A stretch of DNA of 64,000 nt, taken from contig NC_091473.1 in NCBI RefSeq assembly GCF_036971445.1, forward strand, positions 206,584,001 through 206,648,000, read 5' to 3'. Within the stretch, counting starts at the first letter, position 1, and every line of letters starts with the position of its first letter. Below the pieces are notes generated by a model. That model had not been told where the DNA came from. It did no database searches and saw nothing but the letters and a program-made list of their open reading frames with translations. Position numbers and translations under genes: made by a program. Positions 40,742 through 52,698 of the stretch are shown piece after piece. Source of the DNA: Narcine bancroftii (taxonomy: Eukaryota).

Positions 40742-42056
40742 CTAGAGCGCATCGGATGTCCCCCAAAGTTCCTCAACATGATTATCCAACTGCACGAAAA
40801 CCAACAAGGTCGGGTCAGATACAGCAATGAGCTCTCTGAACCCTTCTCCATTAACAATGGCGTGAAGCAAGGCTGTCTTCTCGCACCAACCCTCTTTTCA
40901 ATCTTCTTCAGCATGATGCTGAACCAAGCCATGAAAGACCCCAACAATGAAGACGCTGTTTACATCCGGTACCGCATGGATGGCAGTCTCTTCAATCTGA
41001 GGCGCCTGCAAGCTCACACCAAGACACAAGAGAAACTTGTCCGTGAACTACTCTTTGCAGATGATGCCGCTTTAGTTGCCCATTCAGAGCCAGCTCTTCA
41101 GCGCTTGACGTCCTGCTTTGCGGAAACTGCCAAAATGTTTGGCCTGGAAGTCAGCCTGAAGAAAACTGAGGTCCTCCATCAGACAGCTCCCCACCATGAC
41201 TACCAGCCCCCCCACATCTCCATCGGGCACACAAAACTCAAAACGGTCAACCAGTTTACCTATCTCGGCTGCACCATTTCATCAGATGCAAGGATCGACA
41301 ATGAGATAGACAACAGACTCGCCAAGGCAAATTGCGCCTTTGGAAGACTACACAAAAGAGTCTGGAAAAACAACCAACTGAAAAACCTCACAAAGATAAG
41401 CGTATACAGAGCCGTTGTCATACCCACACTCCTGTTCGGCTCCGAATCATGGGTCCTCTACCGGCACAACCTATGGCTCCTAGAGCGCTTCCACCAGCAT
41501 TGTCTCCGCTCCATCCTCAACATCCATTGGAGCGCTTACACCCCTAACGTCGAAGTACTCGAGATGGCAGAGGTCGACAGCATCGAGTCCACGCTGCTGA
41601 AGATCCAGCTGCGCTGGATGGGTCACGTCTCCAGAATGGAGGACCATCGCCTTCCCAAGATCGTATTATATGGCGAGCTCTCCACTGGCCACCGTGACAG
41701 AGGTGCACCAAAGAAAAGGTACAAGGACTGCCTAAAGAAATCTCTTGGTGCCTGCCACATTGACCACCGCCAGTGGGCTGATAACGCCTCAAACCGTGCA
41801 TCTTGGCACCTCACAGTTTGGCGGGCAGCAACCTCCTTTGAAGAAGACCGCAGAGCCCACCTCACTGACAAAAGGCAAAGGAGGAAAACCCCAACACCCA
41901 ACCCCAACCAACCAATTTTCCCTTGCAACCGCTGCAATCGTGTCTGCCTGTCCCGCATCGGACTTGTCAGCCACAAACGAGCCTGCAGCTGACGTGGACT
42001 TTTTACCCCCTCCATAAATCTTCGTCCGCGAAGCCAAGCCAAAGAAAAGAAGAAGA
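40742..42056 (+). mobile_element. Young 5'-truncated RTE LINE (open frame 40778-41992)
   Basis: GVKQGC, LLFADD, FTYLG, C2H2 finger and (AAG)n tail. Inserted in the L1. Confidence 0.95.
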
Positions 42057-42300
42057 ATATACTGAATGCTGTTTTTCAGCAAATTCCACTTTAATCAGCA
42101 ATGGCGAAGGCTCAGATAATATTCTTGTTTTGTACAAAATCTTCGAAACTCTTTAAGCTCCTTTAGAATTAATTGTTGTTCACGATTATTTATCCAATAG
42201 AGGATATAAACAAAAATTAAAATCTCTTCCAATTGAAATATTTTATGAACATCTGCTAAATTAAAAACATGTCTTGTATAATTTCTCATTATCTATATAT

Positions 42301-43213
42301 TTTCTTTGGCTTGGCTTCGCGGATGAAGATTTATGGAGGGGGTAAAAAGTCCACGTCAGCTGCAGGCTTGTTTGTGGCTGACAAGTCCGATGCGGGACAG
42401 GCAGACACGATTGCAGCGGTTACAAGGGAAAATTGGTTGTTTGGGGTTGGGTGTTGGGTTTTTCCTCCTTTGCCTTTTGTCAGTGAGGTGGGCTCTGCTG
42501 TCTTCTTCAAAGGAGGTTGCTGCCCGCCAAACTGTGAGGCGCCAAGATGCACGGTTTGAGGCGTTATCAGCCCACTGGCGGTGGTCAATGTGGCAGGCAC
42601 CAAGAGATTTCTTTAGGCAGTCCTTGTACCTTTTCTTTGGTGCACCTCTGTCACGGTGGCCAGTGGAGAGCTCGCCATATAACACGATCTTGGGAAGGCG
42701 ATGGTCCTCCATTCTGGAGACGTGACCCATCCAGCGCAGCTGGATCTTCAGCAGCGTGGACTCGATGCTGTCGACCTCTGCCATCTCGAGTACTTCGACG
42801 TTAGGGGTGTAAGCGCTCCAATGGATGTTGAGGATGGAGCGGAGACAACGCTGGTGGAAGCGTTCTAGGAGCCGTAGGTGGTGCCGGTAGAGGACCCATG
42901 ATTCGGAGCCAAACAGGAGTGTGGGTATGACAACGGCTCTGTATACGCTTATCTTTGTGAGGTTTTTCAGTTGGTTGTTTTTCCAGACTATTTTGTGTAG
43001 TCTTCCAAAGGCGCTATTTGCCTTGGCGAGTCTGTTGTCTATCTCATTGTCGATCCTTGCATCTGATGAAATGGTGCAGCCGAGATAGGTAAACTGGTTG
43101 ACCGTTTTGAGTTTTGTGTGCCCGATGGAGATGTGGGGGGGCTGGTAGTCATGGTGGGGAGCTGGCTGATGGAGGACCTCAGTTTTCTTCAGGCTGACTT
43201 CCAGGCCAAACAT
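42301..43213 (-). mobile_element. Young 5'-truncated RTE LINE (open frame 42356-43213)
   Basis: Reverse-complement near-identical to 41135-42047. Confidence 0.95.
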
Positions 43214-45245
43214 ATATATTTAACACAATCAATTCCTCTGAAAATATTTGACAATTTACCATTATATATCTATCAACCAGATCTGTGATCACATTTTCAA
43301 TTTAAAATGTCAGAATATTGATAATTAAAATTACCACTCCACTAGCTTTAGAATTAAATAAAGATAAAACTACCTCATCTACCCAATTTTAAATGTTCTT
43401 TTTCATTTAAATGTGTATCATGTTAAAAAGCGATATCTACTCCCAATTTCTTGGCAATTCTTTTTTTTTAAATTATGTTAAATGTATTAATTTTAAAAAT
43501 CATGATATTAACAACTTCATACATTTTCTTTCTTTAATAATTTAGAAAAGTTCATTTCCATCACTCTTAACCAGCAAGAATTCCTACAAATAGATTTGGT
43601 CCTGAATGTCATCGTCTGCAATCCCAAAATCGTCAGAATTATTCAGAATATCGGCATCATAATGAATTACTGAACAGAAAGGAAGAAAAAAGGAAAATTA
43701 AAACAAAAATAATTCCCGAAGTGCTGGAAAAGCTATCACGACCACCCTCCATTTTACTGGTCATGAACAAACCACGAAAACATTTATTCATCCAAAATCT
43801 GGAGAAAACAAAAACACTTCTTATCTATGCAACAGTTCCATCCAATAAAGGGATTTTTCATCCCTCAAAAGAAGGAAATAAAAGAGAAAATGGTGATTGC
43901 ACGCCCTCCATTCGCAACAAATCAGTCCCCTCTGTTACTTGTGGTTTAGGCAGATTCTCAGCACACTCTTCGGCTTTAAAATAATTTGTGAAAAAAAAAC
44001 ATTCTGTTGATCTGCTAAAAATATTCTCAAAATAGCTGGATAACGTAAAAATAATTAATACCCTTGATTATGTTAACACTTGTAACTGAATTAAATTCTC
44101 TCCTTCAATAAAGTTTGAAACAAATCTGGATTTTAAAAAGTAATCTTATCCCTTTTGTAACTCAAATGTTCGTATTCTATTTCTCTTCTCTTTGATAGAC
44201 TAAGAATCCTCATTGGGTTGGAATGAGCTTCGGTCTAAAAGCACGATGAACACGCTCAGCTAAAATCTCATCCTAGAGATGTCCTTCTCCAAATAACTTT
44301 ATATTAATTTTTGAAATATGAATCACATCTTGTCCTTCAAACAGTCCCGTAATTTTCACATTGTTTCCTTTACAAAAGTTTTCCAGTATTTCAACTTACT
44401 CCAACAGTTTTAATTCATAGTGTTCAAGTTAGTAATCGTATCTTCATTCACATTAGACCTCTCCTCAATACGTTGTACCTTTTCATGAACATGTTGAATT
44501 TTATTTTCAAATTAATCAAATCTCGGTGAAACATTATTTATCAACTTGTTCAAATCTATTTTAACTTGTTTCCGTTCTGGAGTTAATGGATTTAAATTAT
44601 TCTGCGAAGCTTCAGAAAGTCCATTTATTTTATTTTCAATTTTACACATTGCTTTTTTAAAAAAATATTTTTCTTCCCTCTAAATCGTCCCTATTCTGAA
44701 CTTCACATTTCATCTTCACTTTCATACCCTTATGAAGGGTCCTCGACTGGAGAGTTATCACCTTCTTGCTCATTAGCAGAAATGCCGAAAAGCCCCTTTA
44801 AGAGACTTAGTGTGTTTTGCATGTTCTTTTCCCTTCTGTCGTGTGCAGGCCCGACCTCTCGCACATGCAAGATATAGTTTTAACTGTTTCTTGGTCGCTA
44901 CCTTTACAGGGTGCCGCAACGAAGTCTCTGGAGGAAGGACCCTCATCGGAGCCTTCGCTGATGTGTATCCAGAGGAGAATTCATCGGCTTACTTCGTTGA
45001 CAAGATAGGCCCGAGTTCTCCCTTAATCTATTTTTTTCCCCGATTTATTTTGAAGGTGTTGTTTTTAGAGTCATTTTTTGGCGACGTTTTCTTCTATTGT
45101 TAATCACTTTAAAATAACTTTAAAACAGGTTTTATTAAGTTTGCTTTTATTTCTATAATCGTTTTTTTTAATTAGTCCGATGGGCGTCGATACGTGCATG
45201 ATGTATCTCACAACGTTATGCCCCCACCCCCACCCCCCAAAAAAA

Positions 45246-46125
45246 GTGCATTGGAATTTATGCAGTAGAACCAGGACACTAATATTGCATGCGGGAATGC
45301 CAACAAGGATTTGAAATATTATCACCATTATATTTAGGTCCACGGAAGAAGAATGGATGATGGCAACCAATGAATGTGAATAACACAGGATGTCAGTCCA
45401 TCTTAAATGAGGGCGTGTACCTCAGTTAACAAATATAATGAACGGCATGCAGGTTTGGAGTGTACATTAATGCAAGATTTGAAAGAGGGCAATTATTTAC
45501 GGCTTCTGACTAAAATTATTGGATCCCAATTCTAATTTGATAGACATATTGAAAACCTTCGTCATTTGGCTAGTGTCCATATAAGGTTTGACATGAAAAT
45601 AAACATTGTATAATGTATCTAAATTGTCGACAGACATTCGAATTGAATTGTAATCTTTCCGGACAAAATTTCCAATATTTCAATTTCTGGCTTCACAGCA
45701 AGTATTGAGGGAAAAGGCTGAAGTTCACTCTGAGGAAATTTTCGCATGTTATCAAGAGAAACCAAGTTTTGCCAAATTTCGCTTCCTGTAAATATCCATA
45801 GCGTGGGAATATCAAACTAGTTTACAGCCGGCAAAGCAAATAATAGTCTCCTCATTGAATACTTAACCCTAAGCCAAATATTTGGTGTTAATCAGTTAAA
45901 ACCTATGAACAAAACCATCTAACATATTTGCAAAATTCAGCTTTACCAACTTTAGTTGAATATGTGTAAGTGTGTGGTTTCCTGCCACCTTGATAACTCT
46001 TCCCAATTTCGTTCATTTTCCCTTTTTCCCGGATCTGTTTTGGCTCAGCCGTGATTCATTTGTCCATCAGTAGATAAAGGCATTTCAATATCTGTCTTTA
46101 GATTCAAAACCTCTTCTCTCGTTTG
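45246..46125 (+). repeat. Segment X, copy 3 (upstream of V-A)
   Basis: Homologous to the other X copies. About 320 bp present in cassette B is missing at about 46123. Confidence 0.85.
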
Positions 46126-47629
46126 AAAACCCCACAATTTGATGGATATAAGAATCCTGACGCTGAATAGACCGCTTTAGCCCTCATTGGTTTCCTTCCT
46201 GATTTGCAACCTGCCAATGTTTCTATTGTTCTGCTTTCTCGGATACAGTCATTCCCTATTCTTTCAAACAGATGTCCATTTCTTAAAACAACACACATAA
46301 TGAACTGGGCACAACAAGCCTGCAGCCTTTGAAATTCCAGAGTTCTGCAATGCATTGGGATATCATATTGAAACGAACCTCAGTTGAAAACTATTATTGT
46401 TATCCTGTCATCAAAACCATTTATTCAATAATCTACCACAATTGAAAGTGATCTGACGTCTAACCTTTCATTAATTGTCAGCAACATACATAATTGATTT
46501 ACATCATAAATTATTTAGTATAACCAGAACAATTATTAAAAGACCACGAAAACATTTTGGATAACGATGTGTTCCAGCACAAAAGTGTTAGTTGAAGTAT
46601 CTTAAATTAAGAAAGTATAAACAAATGAATGGAATACATCATTGCCTTAGCATTTCACATTAAATATCACTAAATCTATTAAATTACTCACAAAGTGAAA
46701 TTTGCTGATTTTCTCTTTTTAAATTACAGGAATCTATATCGATCACAATCGTGAAACATTGCAGATATAAGGATTATTCGTTCTTTGAAGATGTTCAGTG
46801 TTAGATCAAGATACTATCTGCTGCAAAATAAACTGATGAACTCTCATTGATAACAAGTACACACACAAACCACTCTTGTGCTCAAACACATGCCAAGACG
46901 TTTTGCATAGGTTCATGAAGGGTACAAGCCGGAAAATTCGGATTAGATTTTTGTCAATTTTTTTGTCAAGGCCGCTGTTTGAGCTGCTGAGTTTCTCCAG
47001 CATTATGTGTTTTTAGAGAAGTCTTTAAATATATCCGCACAATAATCTTGAAAGGTATTGGTGCATGAATATTCTGACTATGTGATTGTGTGCAAAACAA
47101 CAAAAAAAATATATATGCGTCAAACAGGACATATTATTCAACAATACAATCAATAGAATTCCTTGACCAATTGGACGTGTCGATAATAATCTCTGCAGTA
47201 CAATGTTGCGCTATGTTAGACACAGAAAAATAAAAACACACTTATTGTTCCTTGCGGTCAATTTTGTTTACTCAGTTCTCTTTGACAACATCAACGTTCC
47301 AGAAATAAGAAAAAAAACAACGCGCATGTCAAATGGGCAACAAAGTAGCGTAACATCTTATCTTATCTTATCACTGCGTTCCTTCTGATATCGAGATAGT
47401 CACTGACCCGGAGAAAGCTGTAAACGTAATAGCAGACAGTTGGTTTGGTCTCTGAAAAGATACTGAGTGCTGATTTGACTAAGTAGTCATAATATCCAAG
47501 TTTGTAATATCTGCGCCGTTTGCTAATAACAATGGCTTTCGATATTGTAATAGTGAGGGGCTATATCGTCAAACAGTTTCTGCAAACTGAATTGATTTAT
47601 ATAATGTACGCTTACTGCATTCCAGCTGG

Positions 47630-47810
47630 TGCGAAAAGCGTGTGGGCGGTGTCCGCAAAGCAAACGAGGTCACGATTGCAGATCTAATTCATCGACACTC
47701 ACACCCCGACCAATCCCCCTCCAGCATCACCAACTCAATCAGTAGAATCTAGAACATACTTAAGACCGAGAACAGTTCCATGAGGACCCAATATTTCTTT
47801 TATTGGAAAC
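47630..47810 (+). promoter_or_regulatory. Putative proximal promoter of V-A
   Basis: GC box tgggcggt at 47643, CRE-like cgaggtca at 47665 and CCAAT at 47710. GC box and CCAAT are conserved in cassette B. Function is inferred from position only. Confidence 0.45.
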
Positions 47811-48263
47811 ATGAAAGTACTTGTCATTTGGATTGTTTTCGGATCATATGTTGCGGGTAAAATTATAATCAACAATTTCATTCATTTATACGAACAGAGT
47901 TTCGACATCAACTGTAATCATCTGCCAGTCTAATTAACAAAACGTGTTATTTTCAGATTTTGGTAATGGAGCTTCTGTCATTCAAACTATTTCCTCAGTA
48001 GTGAAGTCGGAAGGTGAGGCGGTGACATTCAGATGCGACTATGATAGTACGTTGACCTACTACTATCTATTCTGGTACCGGCAGCAACAAGGCAAAGGTA
48101 TAGAGTTTGTTATGAGAAAATATTCGCAGGGTTCTGAAGAAAAAGCTGATTTCGCTGAAACCCGCTTCTCTGCCGACCTCAAGACCACAAGAAAGTACAT
48201 CAGTTTATCCATTTCGGCGCTACAACTGAGAGACTCTGGCATTTATTACTGCGGCTTCAGACG
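47811..48263 (+). CDS. TRAV/TRDV: T-cell receptor alpha/delta variable gene segment V-A (germline, apparently functional)
   Basis: Leader exon 47811-47856 (MKVLVIWIVFGSYVA), GT-AG intron 47857-47956 and V exon 47957-48263 in frame. Has 1st Cys (VTFRC), WYRQ, RFS and DSGIYYC, and abuts a 23-RSS. Confidence 0.92.
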
Positions 48264-48302
48264 CACAGTGAGCGAAATCAAATAAAACTTCTTACAAAAT
48301 CT
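48264..48302 (+). promoter_or_regulatory. Recombination signal sequence, 23-bp spacer (V-A)
   Basis: CACAGTG + agcgaaatcaaataaaacttctt (23 nt) + ACAAAATCT. Confidence 0.95.
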
Positions 48303-48559
48303 CCAAACCCTCCAAGTCTTTATTTCACATCGGCAGGCGATGGATAAGCGCATGCTTGCTTTTGTGGCTTTCCATTACTTTGAAGTTGAGATGAATATTT
48401 AGAGTTTCCTTTGTATTCAATCTCTGGTTTTATTGGCCGTGGTTCAACTCACACGCTAGAAATTGTCTCTCGAATGTATGTGTATATGTTCATAACATCT
48501 TCCCTCAGCTATTTTAGCATGAACATTTGAAGACTTTGGTAAGCTTTGCGTGATATCAT

Positions 48560-48960
48560 ATTGCTGACAGAATTCACCTCCTCCTTCCCTATCTGGAATT
48601 TTGTTAATATCTCAGAGACCGGTAGTCCTACATCGACCTGTCTATTTCTAGACTTCGCCAAGGCCAGACTAGGTCATGCAGTAATCTGCAGGAAAAACAT
48701 GTATTTTGTTCTGGTCAGTCCAGAGCACGGTGATATGAACACGGAATTTTCCAATTTCAAGCAAGCAAGACCACGACTCTTATTCCCAGCTACTTCATTT
48801 CTCTACAGTTCTCCGCCAGTATTCAACAAGACACCCAATAGCCACGGACATTCTTATCGCCTCGGGTTTCCTAATCAACCGTTAATATTTCCACAGGATG
48901 TTTCTTCTTCCGACGTATCCAGTGTCATTTCCTCAATATTTATCTCACACCTCGCTTTAC
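48560..48960 (+). mobile_element. Old Penelope remnant (duplicated at about 59350-59750)
   Basis: Ends ..EHGDMNTEFSNF, resembling the Penelope GIY-YIG C-terminus, followed by a pyrimidine-rich tail. Confidence 0.55.
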
Positions 48961-50040
48961 TCCTATCAGATTCCAGCATCGAAGGTATTTATCTACAGTT
49001 ATAACCTGTTCCACTCTACCTCACTCACAGTTCACCTGAGCATTGTTTGCATCATTCTAGACTCCTTTATTGAGCATATGTTAATCACTTCTCTCTGTTT
49101 ATTAACTTTAATTGCCCTGGTAATAAATCCCAACGGTCTCAACAATTCATCCCACCTGCATTATACGATCGCCCCACTCTACTGTACATTTTATCAGTAG
49201 TTCAAGTTGCAAACGTGAGAATTCATTTCTTAACCCAGCCATACCTTTCCCAGCTGACTTTCTCCGACAAATCGTTTGTTACGTTATCATTAAATTAACA
49301 TATATTTTCATAACTGAACAGAGATATCGGGGTTACGCAACGCTGCTTTATATCAGTGTGCATAAAACCCTATACTTAAAAAATGATAAAAATTAATAGG
49401 ATATTTCTTGACAAATGAGGATGAAAACAACTGTTTTCTCCCCCGAAAAAAGAGGAAGAAACATAAATGATGTTAGTAAAGGGCTTCAACTCCCCCCAGT
49501 CTTACTGCGACAATGTACGTGTCTATTTGTAATTTTGTGCATGACTATTTCTGTACATTTTCCCTGCCTTTAATTACTATAATTTTCATTATTTCCGATA
49601 CCCCGACCTGATTCAAACACGTTAGCAGATGGGATGATGTACGTTACACAGGCAGGAGACGTTTTGTGGATACCACACTAAAGGTTTTATGATTATCCAC
49701 GGGCAAAACAGGTAAGCATGAAAAGTAGGATTCAAATCAGTGATATGATGGGAAACACCTCCGAAAGGGGGTAGGTCATACATATATAAAATAAAAGAGT
49801 AGCTTAAGGAAATAATGTAGAGCTAGGAAAGGTATTGGATAAAAAACTTTAAAAATTAAAAATATCAATGATAGCAATTGAAACATTTAAATAAGCGTGT
49901 AAGAAAAGACGAGCATGATGAGGAGAGCCACCGCTGTTGAGATATTAAGTAACAGGTTCCCAGTAGATAAAGATGATAATGTAAAAACATCTGAAAATTG
50001 TGAAGAGAAAGCAAAACTGTTGTCAACCAAGTGGCCAAGG

Positions 50041-51449
50041 AGACTGGACGAGATTAGAATTAGATAAAATAGGGGAAAAGATACCTGAACACATATTATA
50101 TAAATGGGACGAAAAATTGGTACAACATAGAACTTCTCCAGTATTACACCATCTCCTCAATATATGGAAGAACATTCATGTAGAAAGAAATAAAACAAAT
50201 TATCAATTACCAAAACTAATATTGATGCAAAATAAGCTACTCCCTTTTACAATAGACAACCTTTCCTTTAGAAAATGGGGGAAAAAAGGGATTAAAAGAA
50301 TAGAAAATTGTTTTTCAGGAAGTAGATTCTTATCCTTTGAACAAATGAGAGATAAGTACAATATAACTGGAGATACAGCGCTGGCATATTACCAACTGAG
50401 ATCCTACTTGAAAGATAAATTAGGAAGCAATTTGAGTTTACCAGAGGGAAGTAACCTTGAATATGTGATTACAGATACAATGTTAATCAAAAGATTTATA
50501 ACAAATATGTATATTAAACTGCAAGAAAAGGAGAATGAGGAAACAAATGGTAAAACTAAACAAAAATGGGAACAAGATTTAAATATAAAGATAAAAAAGG
50601 AAACATGGGAGAAATTATGTTCTGGAACGATGAGAAATACAATAAATACGAGGCTGCGTATGATACAATATAATTGGTTACACAGACTATACATTACACC
50701 GCAAAAGTTAAATAAATGGGACCCAACAGTATCTGATAGATGTTTTCGATGTAAAAAAGAAAGGGAAAAAACAATTCATGCAATCTGGACATGTGAGAGA
50801 GTAGAAATATTTTGGGATGATCTCAATCAGATATTAAATAAAATAACAGAAAACAATATACCAAAGAATCCAGAGATCTTTCTCCTAAGTAACATAAAAA
50901 ATAAAGAATTTGGAATTGACTTGGAAGATGCACAAAAAAGATTTGTTAAGATAGCCCTAGCCGTAGCAAAAAAAATGTATTGTGTCAACCTGGAAATTGG
51001 AAGATAATTTGAAAATATAACAATGGTATATAGAAATGAATAACTGTATTCCATTAGAAAAAATAACATATAGTTTAAGAAATAATATTGAAATATTCGA
51101 ACAAGTATGGGAGCCTTACATTAAATACAATAGCGAAAACCTACCGGGAATAAACATTACCTAAGTTGATGGAAGGAGAAGAAAAGAAAAAAATGGACTC
51201 AGTAGAATTTCTGGTGTATTTTTGTTGAATGACAACATTGTCTGACTGCCTTAATGCAACCTAGATTGTATACCTAAAATGGATGAGAGGGGGGGTGCGG
51301 GGGTGGCTTGGGAGGAGGGGGGGGAGAAAAGGTCACTGTATATGTGTGAAAAAGAAAAAGTGTATATCATGGCTAACGTGATTTATGGTGTGAAAAATAG
51401 AAATTTTTTTAAAAAAATAAATGAAAAATAAAAAAAATTAAAAAAAAAA
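50041..51449 (+). mobile_element. Young 5'-truncated L1/Tx1 LINE with poly-A and 13-bp TSD CAAGTGGCCAAGG
   Basis: TSD at 50028-50040 and 51450-51462. ORF2 C-terminus QYNWLHRLYITP..DRCFRC..HAIWTC. Empty site at about 60826-60838. Confidence 0.95.
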
Positions 51450-52475
51450 CAAGTGGCCAAGGTCAGATACTTTAGATATGAGCCTATGTGATGACATGAA
51501 AGTATTGGTCGAGAATTATAAACCTAAAGACAAATCGGAAGCATGAACATGAAAGAGAGAGAGAAGGAGCAGGAATTACTGAAGCTATTTTGAACAGAAG
51601 GAGAAAGATTGAGAAAGATGAGTCAGGCAGAACTAGTCACAGGAAATGCTGCTGAAAAACAGGAAGGTAAGATCAACCTAAATCCGGATGTAAGAAAGTT
51701 AGAAATACCCCACCGTATTGGGAAAAGCAATGCTCGGTGACAAAAGAAATATAAACATGGAGGGGGAGATAGAAGTTTATACAGATGAAGATAAGAAAAA
51801 CTATTATTCAGCAAAAAGGGAGAATGAAAATAGAATACAGAAGAACGAGAGACAGAGAGATGCTACAGAAATAGAAAGAATTAACAAAGAAATTGAGTTG
51901 AGGGATAGAAGATGTAATTAAGCAAATACATGAAGCAAAGCACGGAAAGTGTATGCAGAATATAAGTGGTTTAAAACGAATGCTAGGAGAAAATAAGAAT
52001 ATGACGGAAAATGGAAAGTAACCCGACAAAGATACAGTGGAAGAAACTAAAAATAAAAACAAGAGCCAAGGAAATACGAGGAATAAAATGGACTCCATGA
52101 GATAAGATGGGGTGAGCCAAAAGCAGAAATAAACTCACAACTGGGGATATAAACAGAATATGAAACAGACGATGAATGAACAGAAAGCAAGAGAGGGGGT
52201 CGAATACCCTCTATTAATTAAAGGACGGGGTGAAACACATATGTACCTTGTGGGACTCAGGATATAGAAGGACTGCTAAATGATCTGCGCAATATTTATG
52301 AGGGAGCGGGAAAGTGGATTATGCTGTTTGTGGATGCCACTACTGGACTTGCTGGCTATGGGAGATTTGAATGCACTGTTGGTTAGGATGGTGGAAACCC
52401 TTAAAAGTTGCTGCGGGCTGGAGCACAAAATGCTGATGACCCAGAAACAAATAGTGCCAGCTTTGATAGAGTGCG

Positions 52476-52698
52476 ACTGAGATCCTACTTGAAAGATAAA
52501 TTAGGAAGCAATTTGAGTTTACCAGAGGGAAGTAACTTTGAATATGTGATTACAGATACAATGTTAATCAAAAGATTTATAACAAATATGTATATTAAAC
52601 TGCAATAAAAGGAGAATGAGGAAACAAATGGTAAAACTAAACAAAAATGGGAACAAGATTTAAATATAAAGTTAAAAAAGGAAACATGGGAGAAATTA
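52476..52698 (+). repeat. 223-bp copy of L1 segment 50395-50617 inserted in ERV gag
   Basis: 3 mismatches by eye, no poly-A or TSD, absent from cassette B (about 61856-61875). Confidence 0.92.

Larger units (their letters stand above)
36850..45238 (-). mobile_element. Degraded L1/Tx1 LINE (cassette copy 3), 3'-truncated, carrying a solo LTR and two RTEs
   Basis: YERWEQDLSISID..RYRLLHYNLLHQLYITP and INVDIKIIGNVLANR motifs. Colinear with 30480-35780. Confidence 0.9.

Noticed and set aside
49594-49621. accccgacctgattcaaacacg resembling the complement of the tRNA-Trp 3' end (possible ERV PBS)
   Set aside because: Lacks the TGG start and a preceding LTR, and the paralog at about 3705-3730 has it without a downstream ERV; cannot be supported.
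50000-51007. 335-aa ORF as a host gene
   Set aside because: L1 ORF2 C-terminus read from an incidental start in ERV sequence.
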